Positions 28,406-37,476 of a DNA stretch of 64,000 nucleotides are shown here, in pieces. Under the pieces are notes generated by a model. The model was not told the DNA's origin. It did not search any database and saw nothing but the letters and a program-made list of their open reading frames with translations. Where the stretch lies: assembly GCA_963790825.1 (NCBI GenBank), contig CAWBPM010000004.1:94987-158986 (forward strand), in the 5' to 3' direction. Positions within the stretch are counted from its first letter, which is position 1. Every line of letters begins with the position of its first letter. The DNA comes from Candidatus Levyibacteriota bacterium (GTDB lineage Bacteria; Patescibacteriota; Microgenomatia; Levybacterales; UBA12049). The position numbers were made by a program, and so were the translations under genes.

Positions 28406-28825
28406 ATGAGTACACAATTAAAAAAATTTGCAATCATTTCCTCAACAGTAGTACTTTACACATTAGCTGCTTCCCAGACTTTTGCTGCTGGTGCTGCTAG
28501 CTTTGGATCGGGGTGTAATGGTAGTTTTAGTGCTCTTTGCGGTAACAGCGCATCATTTGCTACTATCTTTAGTTGGGTTGTTAATCTCTTGTTCTTTGCT
28601 GCAATCGCAATTGCGCTTATCTTCTTAATTTGGAATGGTATTCGCTGGATTCTTTCCGGTGGAGATAAAGGAAAAGTTGATGAGGCAAGAAAAGGTGTTA
28701 TTGCAGCTCTGATTGGGCTTGTGGTTGCACTTGTTGCCTATTTCATCATCAATCTTGTATTAAATCTCTTGGGACTGGGTGGACTAAATTCTCTTAGTGT
28801 TCCCTCTATTACTCTTCTCTCTTAG
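28406..28825 (+). CDS. VirB2/TrbC-like pilin with signal peptide
   Basis: Signal peptide FAIISSTVVLYTLAASQTFA, Cys pair (SGCNGSFSALCGNS), then LLFFAAIAIALIFLIWNGIRWILSGGDKGKVDEARKGVIAALIGLVVALVAYFIINLV. Confidence 0.6.
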   Translation: MSTQLKKFAIISSTVVLYTLAASQTFAAGAASFGSGCNGSFSALCGNSASFATIFSWVVNLLFFAAIAIALIFLIWNGIRWILSGGDKGKVDEARKGVIAALIGLVVALVAYFIINLVLNLLGLGGLNSLSVPSITLLS

Positions 28826-28966
28826 TCTTTTTAGTTCTTAATTCTAACTTCTCTTCTTTATTGTAAGTTCTTCTACTCGTGATTGCGCTTGCCGCCCTGC
28901 CATAATTCGCTTTATTTATAGTAAGTTATATTCCTAAAAGCATATTTTTATGACATAATTTAGCAA

Positions 28967-30154
28967 TTGAGCAATATGTTTCTTTTTAAACACAGAATTT
29001 TACTCTTGCTTTTACTTCCATTAACCACAGTCCTTTTATATTGTTTTATCACAAACTTTTATTCCCTTTTCCCCTTGCAAACTTTCAGTTATTTCAATAA
29101 CTATAATCACTACATTGCTGATCCCCGCGCATCCGGTCAAAAATTTAATTTATTATTGTCGTTAGCGCCAGCTGATGCTCAGTGGTATTTAAAAATTGCT
29201 GATTCAGGCTATCCCATCCGTCCCCGTGTTATTTACTCCGGCAGTCACCAGACAATAGACGGCGCTACCTATGCCTTCTTCCCGCTCTATCCAATTACCA
29301 TCGCACTCGTTAATTTCTTTTTGAAAAACATTGTGTTATCTGCTTTTATTCTTACGCAATTACTATTCCTTCTTAATATTGTCAGCCTTTACTATGTCAT
29401 AAAGAAGTTGTATAACGAACAACTGGCCATAAAGACCTTGTTTCTCCTCTTTTTATTTCCTTTCAGCATTTTCTTTCGCAGTTATTTCAGCGAAAGTCTC
29501 TTTCTTTTGGAACTCATTTGGTTTAGTTATTTTCTTATTAAAAAAAGGCTATTTATAAGCTCTCTCCTGCTTGGCTTACTGCTTGTAACCCGCGGGAATG
29601 GATTATTCTTGCTGCCTGTCTTCTTTTGTGTTGTGTTTAGAGATGTGCAAAATCGTCGGTTATTTATTAAAAAGAGTATTCTGTATGGTTTTATTTTAAT
29701 ACTACCATTTTTAGCTTGGATCGCTTATTGCTACCTGCAAACAGGAAACGGTTTCTATTTTATTATTGCCAGAAAAGCCTGGTTCCAATATCCTTTTCCG
29801 CTTCCTCTTTTTTATAACATAGCATTGGTACTGCTTGTACGATACTTGCCCTTTCATTTCTTTCATCTCTCGCAACTTGATGTTTTTTTTGTAGTTCTCG
29901 ATATGATACTCTTGGTTTTTTCGAAAAAGTTTCTCCGTCCCGTACTTTGGTGGGTAGCATTTACTCTTTGGATAAGTCCTCTGTCAACTCAGGACGCCAT
30001 GTCCTCCACTAGGTTTCAAATTATCTACTTTCCCCTTTTCATCTATGCAGCGTATATACTAAAAGGAAGATGGTACTTGGCAACGCTTGTCTTCTTTTCT
30101 ATATGTCTGCTCATCGTATCTCTTCTTTTTGTTAACTGGTATTGGATAGGATAG
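28967..30154 (+). CDS. Polytopic membrane protein, GT-C-type glycosyltransferase-like (PIG-V/GT76-like WY..IA..GY motif)
   Basis: 395 aa, about 10 TM helices. First extracytoplasmic loop LAPADAQWYLKIADSGYP resembles the WDA..Y..IA..GY loop of PIG-V-type mannosyltransferases. Confidence 0.45.
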   Translation: MSNMFLFKHRILLLLLLPLTTVLLYCFITNFYSLFPLQTFSYFNNYNHYIADPRASGQKFNLLLSLAPADAQWYLKIADSGYPIRPRVIYSGSHQTIDGATYAFFPLYPITIALVNFFLKNIVLSAFILTQLLFLLNIVSLYYVIKKLYNEQLAIKTLFLLFLFPFSIFFRSYFSESLFLLELIWFSYFLIKKRLFISSLLLGLLLVTRGNGLFLLPVFFCVVFRDVQNRRLFIKKSILYGFILILPFLAWIAYCYLQTGNGFYFIIARKAWFQYPFPLPLFYNIALVLLVRYLPFHFFHLSQLDVFFVVLDMILLVFSKKFLRPVLWWVAFTLWISPLSTQDAMSSTRFQIIYFPLFIYAAYILKGRWYLATLVFFSICLLIVSLLFVNWYWIG

Positions 30155-30753
30155 ATATTGTACCTTTACCCAATAATCATTGCTATACTTTAGAAATAAT
30201 GATTGTCTTCAAATTCTTAATCATTGCTTTTCTCCTCCTCGTCGCAGCGATTCCCCTAGCGCTTATCGCTGCTTTCTTCTTCGGACCACCCTTCATTCCG
30301 ACCCCTAAAAAAACAGTAAAAGAAATGGTTGCGCTTGCCGGTATTTATAAAGGGGATACAGTACTGGACATGGGCTCTGGAGACGGCAGAATGCTCCTAG
30401 AAGCAGCGAAATGCGGAGCACGCGCAGTTGGCTGGGAAATTAATCTCTACCTTGTTTTATGGACAAAAATATTAGCATATCGTTATGGCGTTAATAGACT
30501 AGTAGAAGTCCATTGGGGAAGCTACTATCAGGCGGATTTTTCAAAAGCAAATGTCGTCTTTCTCTATGGTATTACTCACGAAATGGAAAAAATTGAACAG
30601 AAACTGCAAAAAGAGTTAAAACCTGGATCGAAAGTTATTTCTTATACGTTTGTTTTCCCGCATCTCAAGCCGACTAAAACCCTTTCCGAAAATTACTGTC
30701 TATACTATCGCCTGATTTCTTTCCTGCTATTATACTTATTGTATTTTATTTAA
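30142..30753 (+). CDS. Class I SAM-dependent methyltransferase with N-terminal TM anchor
   Basis: Motif I VLDMGSGDGRML, then an acidic post-I loop (AVGWEIN). N-terminal hydrophobic helix FLIIAFLLLVAAIPLALIAAFFF. Confidence 0.65.
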   Translation: MDRIDIVPLPNNHCYTLEIMIVFKFLIIAFLLLVAAIPLALIAAFFFGPPFIPTPKKTVKEMVALAGIYKGDTVLDMGSGDGRMLLEAAKCGARAVGWEINLYLVLWTKILAYRYGVNRLVEVHWGSYYQADFSKANVVFLYGITHEMEKIEQKLQKELKPGSKVISYTFVFPHLKPTKTLSENYCLYYRLISFLLLYLLYFI

Positions 30754-30774
30754 AGAGGAGTATACAATTAGCCT

Positions 30775-31095
30775 ATGGACTGGAGTTCTATTCCGGGATG
30801 TATTGGGGCACTAGGCGAAGCGCATTTACAATGCTTGCCGGCAGTGTTCCAAAATCTTATAAACGGCGCGCTTATTTTGGCAGGAATCGCTGCGGTTATT
30901 TTTATCATTCTTGCCGCGTACCGACTGATAACCTCCCGGGGAAACCAGCAAGGAGTAAGCAAAGCCCGGAAAACGCTTATCTTTGCAATTGCCGGTTTGG
31001 TAATTATTTTATTATCCTTTTTCCTGGTTAATTTTCTGGCAAATATTACCGGAACAAATTGCATCACCCAAATGGGCTTTACCAATTGCCAATAA
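30775..31095 (+). CDS. VirB2/TrbC-like pilin
   Basis: Cys pair GCIGALGEAHLQC, then LILAGIAAVIFIILAAYRLITSRGNQQGVSKARKTLIFAIAGLVIILLSFFLVNFL. GGAGG located 13 nt upstream of the ATG. Confidence 0.6.
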   Translation: MDWSSIPGCIGALGEAHLQCLPAVFQNLINGALILAGIAAVIFIILAAYRLITSRGNQQGVSKARKTLIFAIAGLVIILLSFFLVNFLANITGTNCITQMGFTNCQ

Positions 31096-31261
31096 CTGTC
31101 TATCCACTTTTCACAGAAAAGCTTGATTTTATACTATATTTGACATACTTTGTAGGACTTGCAATCAAATTTTTCACGTTATACACTGACTGGTATAGAA
31201 GATACTACTAACTGCCCGGAGGGAGCTTTTCTGAGGTGGGAATTAACTTCTAGATAAAAAT

Positions 31262-32611
31262 ATGGATAATCACCCGATTCCGCAAGACGTTACCGGATTT
31301 CAATTTAAACTTGTGGGCAGTATGACCGTAAAGCAATTTGCCCAACTTGCGGGGCCGTGCATTATAGCAGTTATTCTTTATTATTCCCCTTTTTTTATTC
31401 TGATAAAAATTATCGGTATTCCGTTTTTTGTTCTTTTCGGGCTTTGTCTCGCATTTGTTCCGATAGAAGGCCGTCCGATTGACGTGATGGCATCGCATTT
31501 CTTAAGAGCCCTTTTCGCTCCTAATCAATTTGTCTTCCATAAAATAGGGAGGCAGTTGGCATTTACTACTGTAGATTTAAGGCGTACTGCCAAAGAAAAG
31601 GTCTCTGTACATATTGATCCTCTAAAAAAAAAGCAACTTCAGGCATTTTTACAAAACGTTCAGAGTAGACCACAAAGCCCGTCTGACTCAAAAGAAGATG
31701 AGTTTCTTAAGTCTCTTGATTCGATCCAATTTCAAGGACCGGTTCTTTTGCCCGCTTCTTCGCCAATGCAGCAGCGAGGAGAGGCGGCTTCGCCAATAAG
31801 CACCAACCCCTTGCCTCCACAACCGCAAATGCCGCCAACAAAAAACATTGCGCAAACACAAAATCAGGCTTCCTTAAATCAACAAACAGCAGCACCTATG
31901 GACAATGTTAAGCCGGATATCCCCCTACCACAGATGGTTAAGCCATCAACTGCTGCTCAATCTATAAACTCGTCTTTGCCGTATGTTCCGCAGCCGAATA
32001 GTCTGCCTCAGAAGAATATTGACTCTACGCCAAACCCAAAGGAAAGTTTAGGACAGGAAGAACAACCCGAGTATAAGGAGACTGAGCAATTATCGCAAAA
32101 ATTAGATGATATCGCTCATGAGAAACAGAAACTAGAAGATGAGCTTCGGGCTTTAAAGAGTCAATTAGCCGGTCGGCAAACAGTTTCTGTTCCTATTGCC
32201 AAACCTGTAGATAGACAGGTAGAACAACCGGCTCAGGAGGAAGACAGCCCACATGTTTTGAAAGTACCAAAGTCCCTGACTACCAGCATTGGGGCTCCTG
32301 CTATGCCTGATTCTCCCAATCTCATTGCGGGCGTTGTGAAAGACCCAAGAGGAAATGTTCTGCAAAATATTCTGGTAGAGGTAAAAGATAAAGAGGGCAG
32401 TCCTGTTCGGGCGTTTAAAACCAATGCGCTGGGTCAATTCTCCTCAGCAACGCCACTAATAAATGGCGATTATACTATAGAATTTGAAGATCCAAAGGAT
32501 CAACATAAATTTGATACGATTGAACTCAGGGCGAGTGGCGAGATTATGTTGCCCATCGAAGTGATCTCGAGAGATGCGCGGGAGGAGTTGAGGCGCGCGT
32601 TATTTACCTAA
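31262..32611 (+). CDS. PrgI/VirB3-like membrane protein with long Pro/Gln-rich region and C-terminal domain
   Basis: N-terminus IPQDVTGFQFKLVGSMTVKQFAQLAG followed by two TM helices resembles PrgI-family (VirB3-like) proteins. Sits directly upstream of the VirB4-like ATPase, as in Gram-positive-type T4SS. Confidence 0.5.
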   Translation: MDNHPIPQDVTGFQFKLVGSMTVKQFAQLAGPCIIAVILYYSPFFILIKIIGIPFFVLFGLCLAFVPIEGRPIDVMASHFLRALFAPNQFVFHKIGRQLAFTTVDLRRTAKEKVSVHIDPLKKKQLQAFLQNVQSRPQSPSDSKEDEFLKSLDSIQFQGPVLLPASSPMQQRGEAASPISTNPLPPQPQMPPTKNIAQTQNQASLNQQTAAPMDNVKPDIPLPQMVKPSTAAQSINSSLPYVPQPNSLPQKNIDSTPNPKESLGQEEQPEYKETEQLSQKLDDIAHEKQKLEDELRALKSQLAGRQTVSVPIAKPVDRQVEQPAQEEDSPHVLKVPKSLTTSIGAPAMPDSPNLIAGVVKDPRGNVLQNILVEVKDKEGSPVRAFKTNALGQFSSATPLINGDYTIEFEDPKDQHKFDTIELRASGEIMLPIEVISRDAREELRRALFT

Positions 32612-32612
32612 T

Positions 32613-33254
32613 ATGAATACACCTGTCCAAAAAATTCACGCTTCAACGCAAAAGTTTACTGAAATTCAGGATATTTTTGATACCGTGGTGATACTAAACG
32701 GCGGTAATGCCTGCTTAGTTATCGAAGTTACTGCCAGTAACTTTGCTCTCTTATCCAGACAAGAGCAGGATATGAAAATCTTTTCCTATGCTTCGCTGTT
32801 AAATTCTTTAACCTTTCCGATTCAAATACTTATCAGAAACGAAAAGGTCGATATTACGTCCTACTTAAAGTCTCTTGAGGAAGCTGAGAAAAACACTCAA
32901 AACTCCCTGCTTCGCAAAAATATTGGCTTCTACCGGAATTTTATCAAAGAAATGATTTTGGTCAATACGGTTCTCAATAAACGGTTCTATATTGTTCTTA
33001 ACTTTTCCTCTCTGGAGGCAGGACCTACCGGCGTAAGCTTGACCGATAAAGTAAATTTCGCCCGGGTTGCCAAAAAAATGCTTGAGTCCAAGGCAGATTC
33101 CCTGCTTCCTGAGCTGCAAAAAATTTCTTCTTCCTCAAGGGTACTAGAGAAAGATGAGCTGGTAAAACTTTTTTATGAAATTTTCAATCACGAAGCAGTT
33201 GATGCTACTCAGGTAGCAGCAGATATAAAAGTGCCGATTATTACTAGTCATTAG
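32613..33254 (+). CDS. Hypothetical T4SS-associated protein (resembles the non-ATPase N-terminal region of VirB4/TrbE proteins)
   Basis: 213 aa with no TM helices. DTVVILNGGNACLVIEVTASNFALLSRQEQDMKIFSYASLLNSLTFPIQILIR is reminiscent of the VirB4 N-terminal domain. Translationally coupled (2-nt gap) to the PrgI-like gene. Confidence 0.4.
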   Translation: MNTPVQKIHASTQKFTEIQDIFDTVVILNGGNACLVIEVTASNFALLSRQEQDMKIFSYASLLNSLTFPIQILIRNEKVDITSYLKSLEEAEKNTQNSLLRKNIGFYRNFIKEMILVNTVLNKRFYIVLNFSSLEAGPTGVSLTDKVNFARVAKKMLESKADSLLPELQKISSSSRVLEKDELVKLFYEIFNHEAVDATQVAADIKVPIITSH

Positions 33255-33275
33255 TATTCATTAACATTCGTTAAT

Positions 33276-35345
33276 ATGAAATTATTTGGAAAGAAAACAA
33301 CAGCGGAAACGACAAAAGCAAATTCCACAACTGACGGAAAGGGCGTTAAGCAGTTGGAAAAGGGAACCGTGTCTTTGGTAGATATTATTGCTCCGTCTTC
33401 AATTGAAGTAGATTTTAGATTTATCCGGGTTGGAGAAACATTTTATACAACTCTTTTTATCGTTGGTTATCCGAGATTCGTCTCCCCCAGCTGGCTTGAG
33501 CCGCTTATCGACTTTGACCATACGCTGGATATCTCAATGTTTGTTTATCCAACGTCAGGAGCCGACGTACTTACGGATTTACGGCGTAAGATCGGCGAAA
33601 TGGAGGCAACGCTCATGTCGGACGCAGAAGCAGGAAAACAGGAAGATCCGACAGTTGCAGCAGCCCTAGAAGATGCGAAGTCGCTCCAGGAAGAACTGGC
33701 TAAGGGTATTGAGCGTTTTTTTCAATTTAGCTTTTATATTAAAATCTCTTCAGACAATATCATTGATCTACACGATACAACCAAAAGGCTGAAAACGACA
33801 CTCTCCTCTCTCCTTTTAACCGCCAAAAATGCAACCTTGCAAATGGAGGAAGGTTTTAAATCAACCATGCCGCTGGGCTCTGACAAGCTTTATATGCCGC
33901 GAAATATGGATACCACGTCTCTCGCTTCCACGTTTCCTTTTACTTCGGCAATTTTAACCCAGAACAAGGGCGTCATGTATGGTCTTAACCAGCAAAACGG
34001 TTCGCTCATTATCTTTGACCGGTTCTCTCTGGAAAACGCCAATGAGGTTGTGTTGGGAAAATCGGGCGCAGGGAAATCGTACCTTATTAAACTTGAAATT
34101 ATGCGCCAATTTATGTTGGGAGCCGAGGTATTTGTGATCGACCCTGAGGGAGAATATGGAACGCTGGCACAGGGACTAGGCGGTGAGACAGTGGAATTTA
34201 GCCCAAACGCACCGGTTAAGATAAATCCGTTCGATCTTTCAGAGCTGTACGAGGAGGGTGAGAATGAACTGGGGCTAAAAATTCTTTCGCTTCATGGGCT
34301 ACTTAAAATTATCATGGGTGAACTTGACGCCGAACACGATGCAATCTTAGACCGGGGTATTATCGAGACATATCGACAAATGGGAATCACAACCGATCCG
34401 GAAACGCAGAAACGTACACCACCGCTTCTTGAGGATTTATATAAAACACTTTTGGGCTATGAGTCGGCACCAGCCCGCGATTTGGCGTACAGGCTTGAAA
34501 AATTTATCAAGGGTTCTGCTGCCGGCATTTTTAATCAGAGATCAAATTTTGATATTACTAATCCTTTGACTGTTTTCAGTATTAAAAATTTAGAAGAAGA
34601 GCTCCGCCCGGTTGCCATGCATATCATCCTCGATTTTATCTGGACCAAAGTGAAGCGGTCGCTTAAAAAAAGAATTTTAGTTCTGGACGAGGCATGGTAT
34701 ATGATGAAATATGAGGATTCTGCATCTTTTGTCTATTCAATTGCCAAACGGGCCAGGAAATATTATCTTGGATTAACAACCGCTACGCAGGATGTTGAGG
34801 ATTTTTTAGGGACCGACTACGGAAAGGCAGTGCTAACAAATTCATCTATTCAAATGTTATTAAAGCAAAGTGGTGCCGGAGTTGATCTGGTTTCAGATAC
34901 ATTCTTTTTATCGGAGGGTGAAAAAGAATTATTACTATCGGCAGATATAGGAGAAGGGTTATTTTTCGCTGGGCAAAATCATGTTGCAATAAAGGTAGTT
35001 GCAGCGCCATTTGAACATGAGTTTATTACCTCAAATCCGGCAGAACTTCTAAAAAGGCAGCAAGCAGGACTTGCGCAAGTTACCCAACCACAACCACTAC
35101 AACAACAGATGCCCCAACAACCACCAGCCAATCCTCTATCATCATCTAATCAAACCCCACCTATCCGTCCGACATATATGGGTCAGGCACCGACAAACAA
35201 TACGATGGGAGGCTATCCGATGCAGACCGGCCAATCTACTCCGAATCAACAAATACCGCAGAATAATACTCCCCCCCAGACTCAATCTCAATTACCAGGA
35301 CAGCCCCTACCACCTCAACCTCCTCCATCTTTACCTAACCACTGA
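33276..35345 (+). CDS. virB4: VirB4/TrbE/PrgJ-family type IV secretion ATPase
   Basis: Gram-positive-type VirB4 N-terminus (IAPSSIEVDFRFIRVGETFYTTLFIVGYPRFVSPSWLEPLI), Walker A VLGKSGAGKSYL, Walker B ILVLDEAWYMM, and a Pro/Gln-rich low-complexity C-terminal tail. Confidence 0.8.
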   Translation: MKLFGKKTTAETTKANSTTDGKGVKQLEKGTVSLVDIIAPSSIEVDFRFIRVGETFYTTLFIVGYPRFVSPSWLEPLIDFDHTLDISMFVYPTSGADVLTDLRRKIGEMEATLMSDAEAGKQEDPTVAAALEDAKSLQEELAKGIERFFQFSFYIKISSDNIIDLHDTTKRLKTTLSSLLLTAKNATLQMEEGFKSTMPLGSDKLYMPRNMDTTSLASTFPFTSAILTQNKGVMYGLNQQNGSLIIFDRFSLENANEVVLGKSGAGKSYLIKLEIMRQFMLGAEVFVIDPEGEYGTLAQGLGGETVEFSPNAPVKINPFDLSELYEEGENELGLKILSLHGLLKIIMGELDAEHDAILDRGIIETYRQMGITTDPETQKRTPPLLEDLYKTLLGYESAPARDLAYRLEKFIKGSAAGIFNQRSNFDITNPLTVFSIKNLEEELRPVAMHIILDFIWTKVKRSLKKRILVLDEAWYMMKYEDSASFVYSIAKRARKYYLGLTTATQDVEDFLGTDYGKAVLTNSSIQMLLKQSGAGVDLVSDTFFLSEGEKELLLSADIGEGLFFAGQNHVAIKVVAAPFEHEFITSNPAELLKRQQAGLAQVTQPQPLQQQMPQQPPANPLSSSNQTPPIRPTYMGQAPTNNTMGGYPMQTGQSTPNQQIPQNNTPPQTQSQLPGQPLPPQPPPSLPNH

Positions 35346-35367
35346 ATTTCTGCTACCATAATCATAT

Positions 35368-36858
35368 ATGGACAATAAAGACAGTTCCAAACCCCAAACA
35401 CCATCCGCAAATAAAACATCACAATCCTCATCCGTATCTAAAATGGCACGTGGAGTTTCGGGAGTAAGAAATGTCCAGCAAGTGTTAAGAGCCAAAGATA
35501 TGGAGCAAGCAGCGGAAGAGTTGGTAAAACTTTTAATTAAACGGTTCGTTGTTTTTAATCCGTATGTTTGGATAGCTGCAGGAGCTGTTATATTAATCAT
35601 CCTCTTTATCGTCGCTATGGTAATTATTATTGAGGGAGGATATTGTTACCTAAAAAACAAGGCTGAAAACGTGTTCGTCCTCGGTGGCTTAGTAAGTATC
35701 GTTGATAGCTGGGCAGATATGCCTGATTGTAAAACCGGAATTACTATTCCGGGAACAGGGACTGGAACCGGCACGGGAACAGGGACTGGAACCGGCACGG
35801 GAACAGGGACTGGAACCGGCACGGGAACAGGGACTGATCCTGTATCTCAAATGACAATTAAAAAGACAGATAATAAAAATGGGGCAACCTCTAACGGCAC
35901 CCAAATCACCTATACTATTACTGTTACCTATCCGCCTGCCATTCAAACTTTTTCAGTCGTCGATACGCTTCCTCCAACAACGCAGGCAACTTTAAATGAT
36001 GACGGTAGTGGCGCTCATGTCGATAATAGCTATACCTGGACAGTTGTTAACCCTAATAATACCGGTACCACAAATCTTACTGCTACATTTACACTCAAAT
36101 TAACTCCTAAGGTTTCAGATATCTATTTGGTAAATAACGCTTCTATCAACGGCGCCGTAGCCGCAGCTACCACCACCTCTCCCCCCGGGGGAGGAACCCT
36201 AACGGGGAATATCGCTCAACTTTTTCCTAATACACTACCCCCTGACCCTTCAGGTGTAGACCAGATAAAAGCTGGGGTACTGAGTGCAGTCAATCCGAAT
36301 ATACAAGTATATAAAGACGCCGAAGCGGCCACTGGTGTTCCTTGGCAAGTGTTGGCTGGACTTCATTATAGAGAAGGTGGGGCCGCTTCCAATGCTTCTC
36401 TTGTTAGCGGCAGGATAATAGGAAATGATGAACCTGACATTGACGCTAACAATCCATGTCTCCAAAGCACGCCGATAGGCGTTGCAGACGGTCTTGCTGA
36501 GCCGCTTCCCGGTGGGGGTTGTGGATTCAGCTCTCTTCTTGATTCAGCTATATATGCAGGTAATTGGCTAAAACGTGGTATTGGTGGGAATATCACTTCT
36601 TTTCAAGATCTGGTTCATGCTTTTGCGGCATATAATGGAATCCCTGGTAACGCCAACTGCGGAAGAGGTGTTCCCTACACCAACTGTCCTGCTCCTTTTG
36701 TTGGTGATGATAACCCATATGCTATGAACCTTTTTGACGCTAATCATACGCCTATGTTTATCATCTATTGTGGAGATGGAAGCCTTTGTTCGCCCGCACC
36801 TCAAGATACTCGTCCTGGAGCAGCTACCGTAACTAAATGGGTTGCAACATCTCTGTAG
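35368..36858 (+). CDS. Membrane-anchored surface protein: TM helix, (Gly-Thr)13 repeat, Ig-like/DUF11-like domain, C-terminal lysozyme-like (SLT-like) domain
   Basis: TM WIAAGAVILIILFIVAMVIII, PGTGTGTGTGTGTGTGTGTGTGTGTGTDP, TYTITVTYPP...TFTLKL beta-rich segment. C-terminal GVPWQVLAGLHYREGG and FAAYNGIPGNA resemble the catalytic Glu region and AYNxG motif of soluble lytic transglycosylases. Confidence 0.45.
   Translation: MDNKDSSKPQTPSANKTSQSSSVSKMARGVSGVRNVQQVLRAKDMEQAAEELVKLLIKRFVVFNPYVWIAAGAVILIILFIVAMVIIIEGGYCYLKNKAENVFVLGGLVSIVDSWADMPDCKTGITIPGTGTGTGTGTGTGTGTGTGTGTGTGTGTDPVSQMTIKKTDNKNGATSNGTQITYTITVTYPPAIQTFSVVDTLPPTTQATLNDDGSGAHVDNSYTWTVVNPNNTGTTNLTATFTLKLTPKVSDIYLVNNASINGAVAAATTTSPPGGGTLTGNIAQLFPNTLPPDPSGVDQIKAGVLSAVNPNIQVYKDAEAATGVPWQVLAGLHYREGGAASNASLVSGRIIGNDEPDIDANNPCLQSTPIGVADGLAEPLPGGGCGFSSLLDSAIYAGNWLKRGIGGNITSFQDLVHAFAAYNGIPGNANCGRGVPYTNCPAPFVGDDNPYAMNLFDANHTPMFIIYCGDGSLCSPAPQDTRPGAATVTKWVATSL
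35751..35838 (+). repeat. Tandem repeat, 24-bp unit GGGAACAGGGACTGGAACCGGCAC x about 3.6, encoding (Gly-Thr)13
   Basis: Directly visible as GGGAACAGGGACTGGAACCGGCAC repeated in tandem three times plus a partial copy. Confidence 0.7.
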
Positions 36859-36883
36859 TTTATCTATAGTAAAAGTAGGTATT

Positions 36884-37468
36884 ATGAATAATCAAAAGAA
36901 TCTCTTGTTTTTCTTTTATGGTCTTGCTTTTCTCGTTCTTGCTTGTATTATCTTATATATTTTTTTTATTGGCTCTCACCATTCTATAAAAAACCCATCT
37001 ATACAACCCGTTGAGACAGTTACTTCATTTCCTTCGCAAGGCACAAATAACATTAACCCCCCATCTTTTAAATCAATTCCAACAACCCCCCCCAGTCAAG
37101 GGGGAGGTATTAGTGAAAATTCTCCAATCTTACTTGCTTCAAAAGCAGAAATACAAAAGATCTATCTCTACCTACCTTATAAAATTGATTATCAATTATC
37201 CACGGGTATTAGTGTATCTGTAATTATTCCAGGAAGAGACCTGCAGCTCAATCCTTGGAGTCTAACTGTTCAAATTGAAAATATTAATTATAATACCTCT
37301 TCTACCCAACCTGACTACGAACAAATGAAAGCTTCATTTATCCAGGCTGCGGGCAATGTATTTGGATGGATTGAGCAAAAGGGAGCTGATCCAAAAAAAA
37401 TTCTCTTTGTTTGGTCTAATAAGAAATACGCACAAGAGCAAGCAGAAAGCTGGTTGATCTCACAATAA
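36884..37468 (+). CDS. Hypothetical secreted/membrane-anchored protein
   Basis: Track ORF 36842 starts at TTG, trimmed to ATG (MNNQKNLLFFFYGLAFLVLACIILYIFF). Contains a C8 tract encoding TPPS. Confidence 0.45.
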   Translation: MNNQKNLLFFFYGLAFLVLACIILYIFFIGSHHSIKNPSIQPVETVTSFPSQGTNNINPPSFKSIPTTPPSQGGGISENSPILLASKAEIQKIYLYLPYKIDYQLSTGISVSVIIPGRDLQLNPWSLTVQIENINYNTSSTQPDYEQMKASFIQAAGNVFGWIEQKGADPKKILFVWSNKKYAQEQAESWLISQ

Positions 37469-37476
37469 ATTAGATT

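Noticed and set aside
30768-31085. 105-aa minus-strand ORF
   Set aside because: It is the exact antisense of the VirB2-like pilin gene 30775..31095, which has an ATG, an upstream GGAGG and the conserved pilin module.
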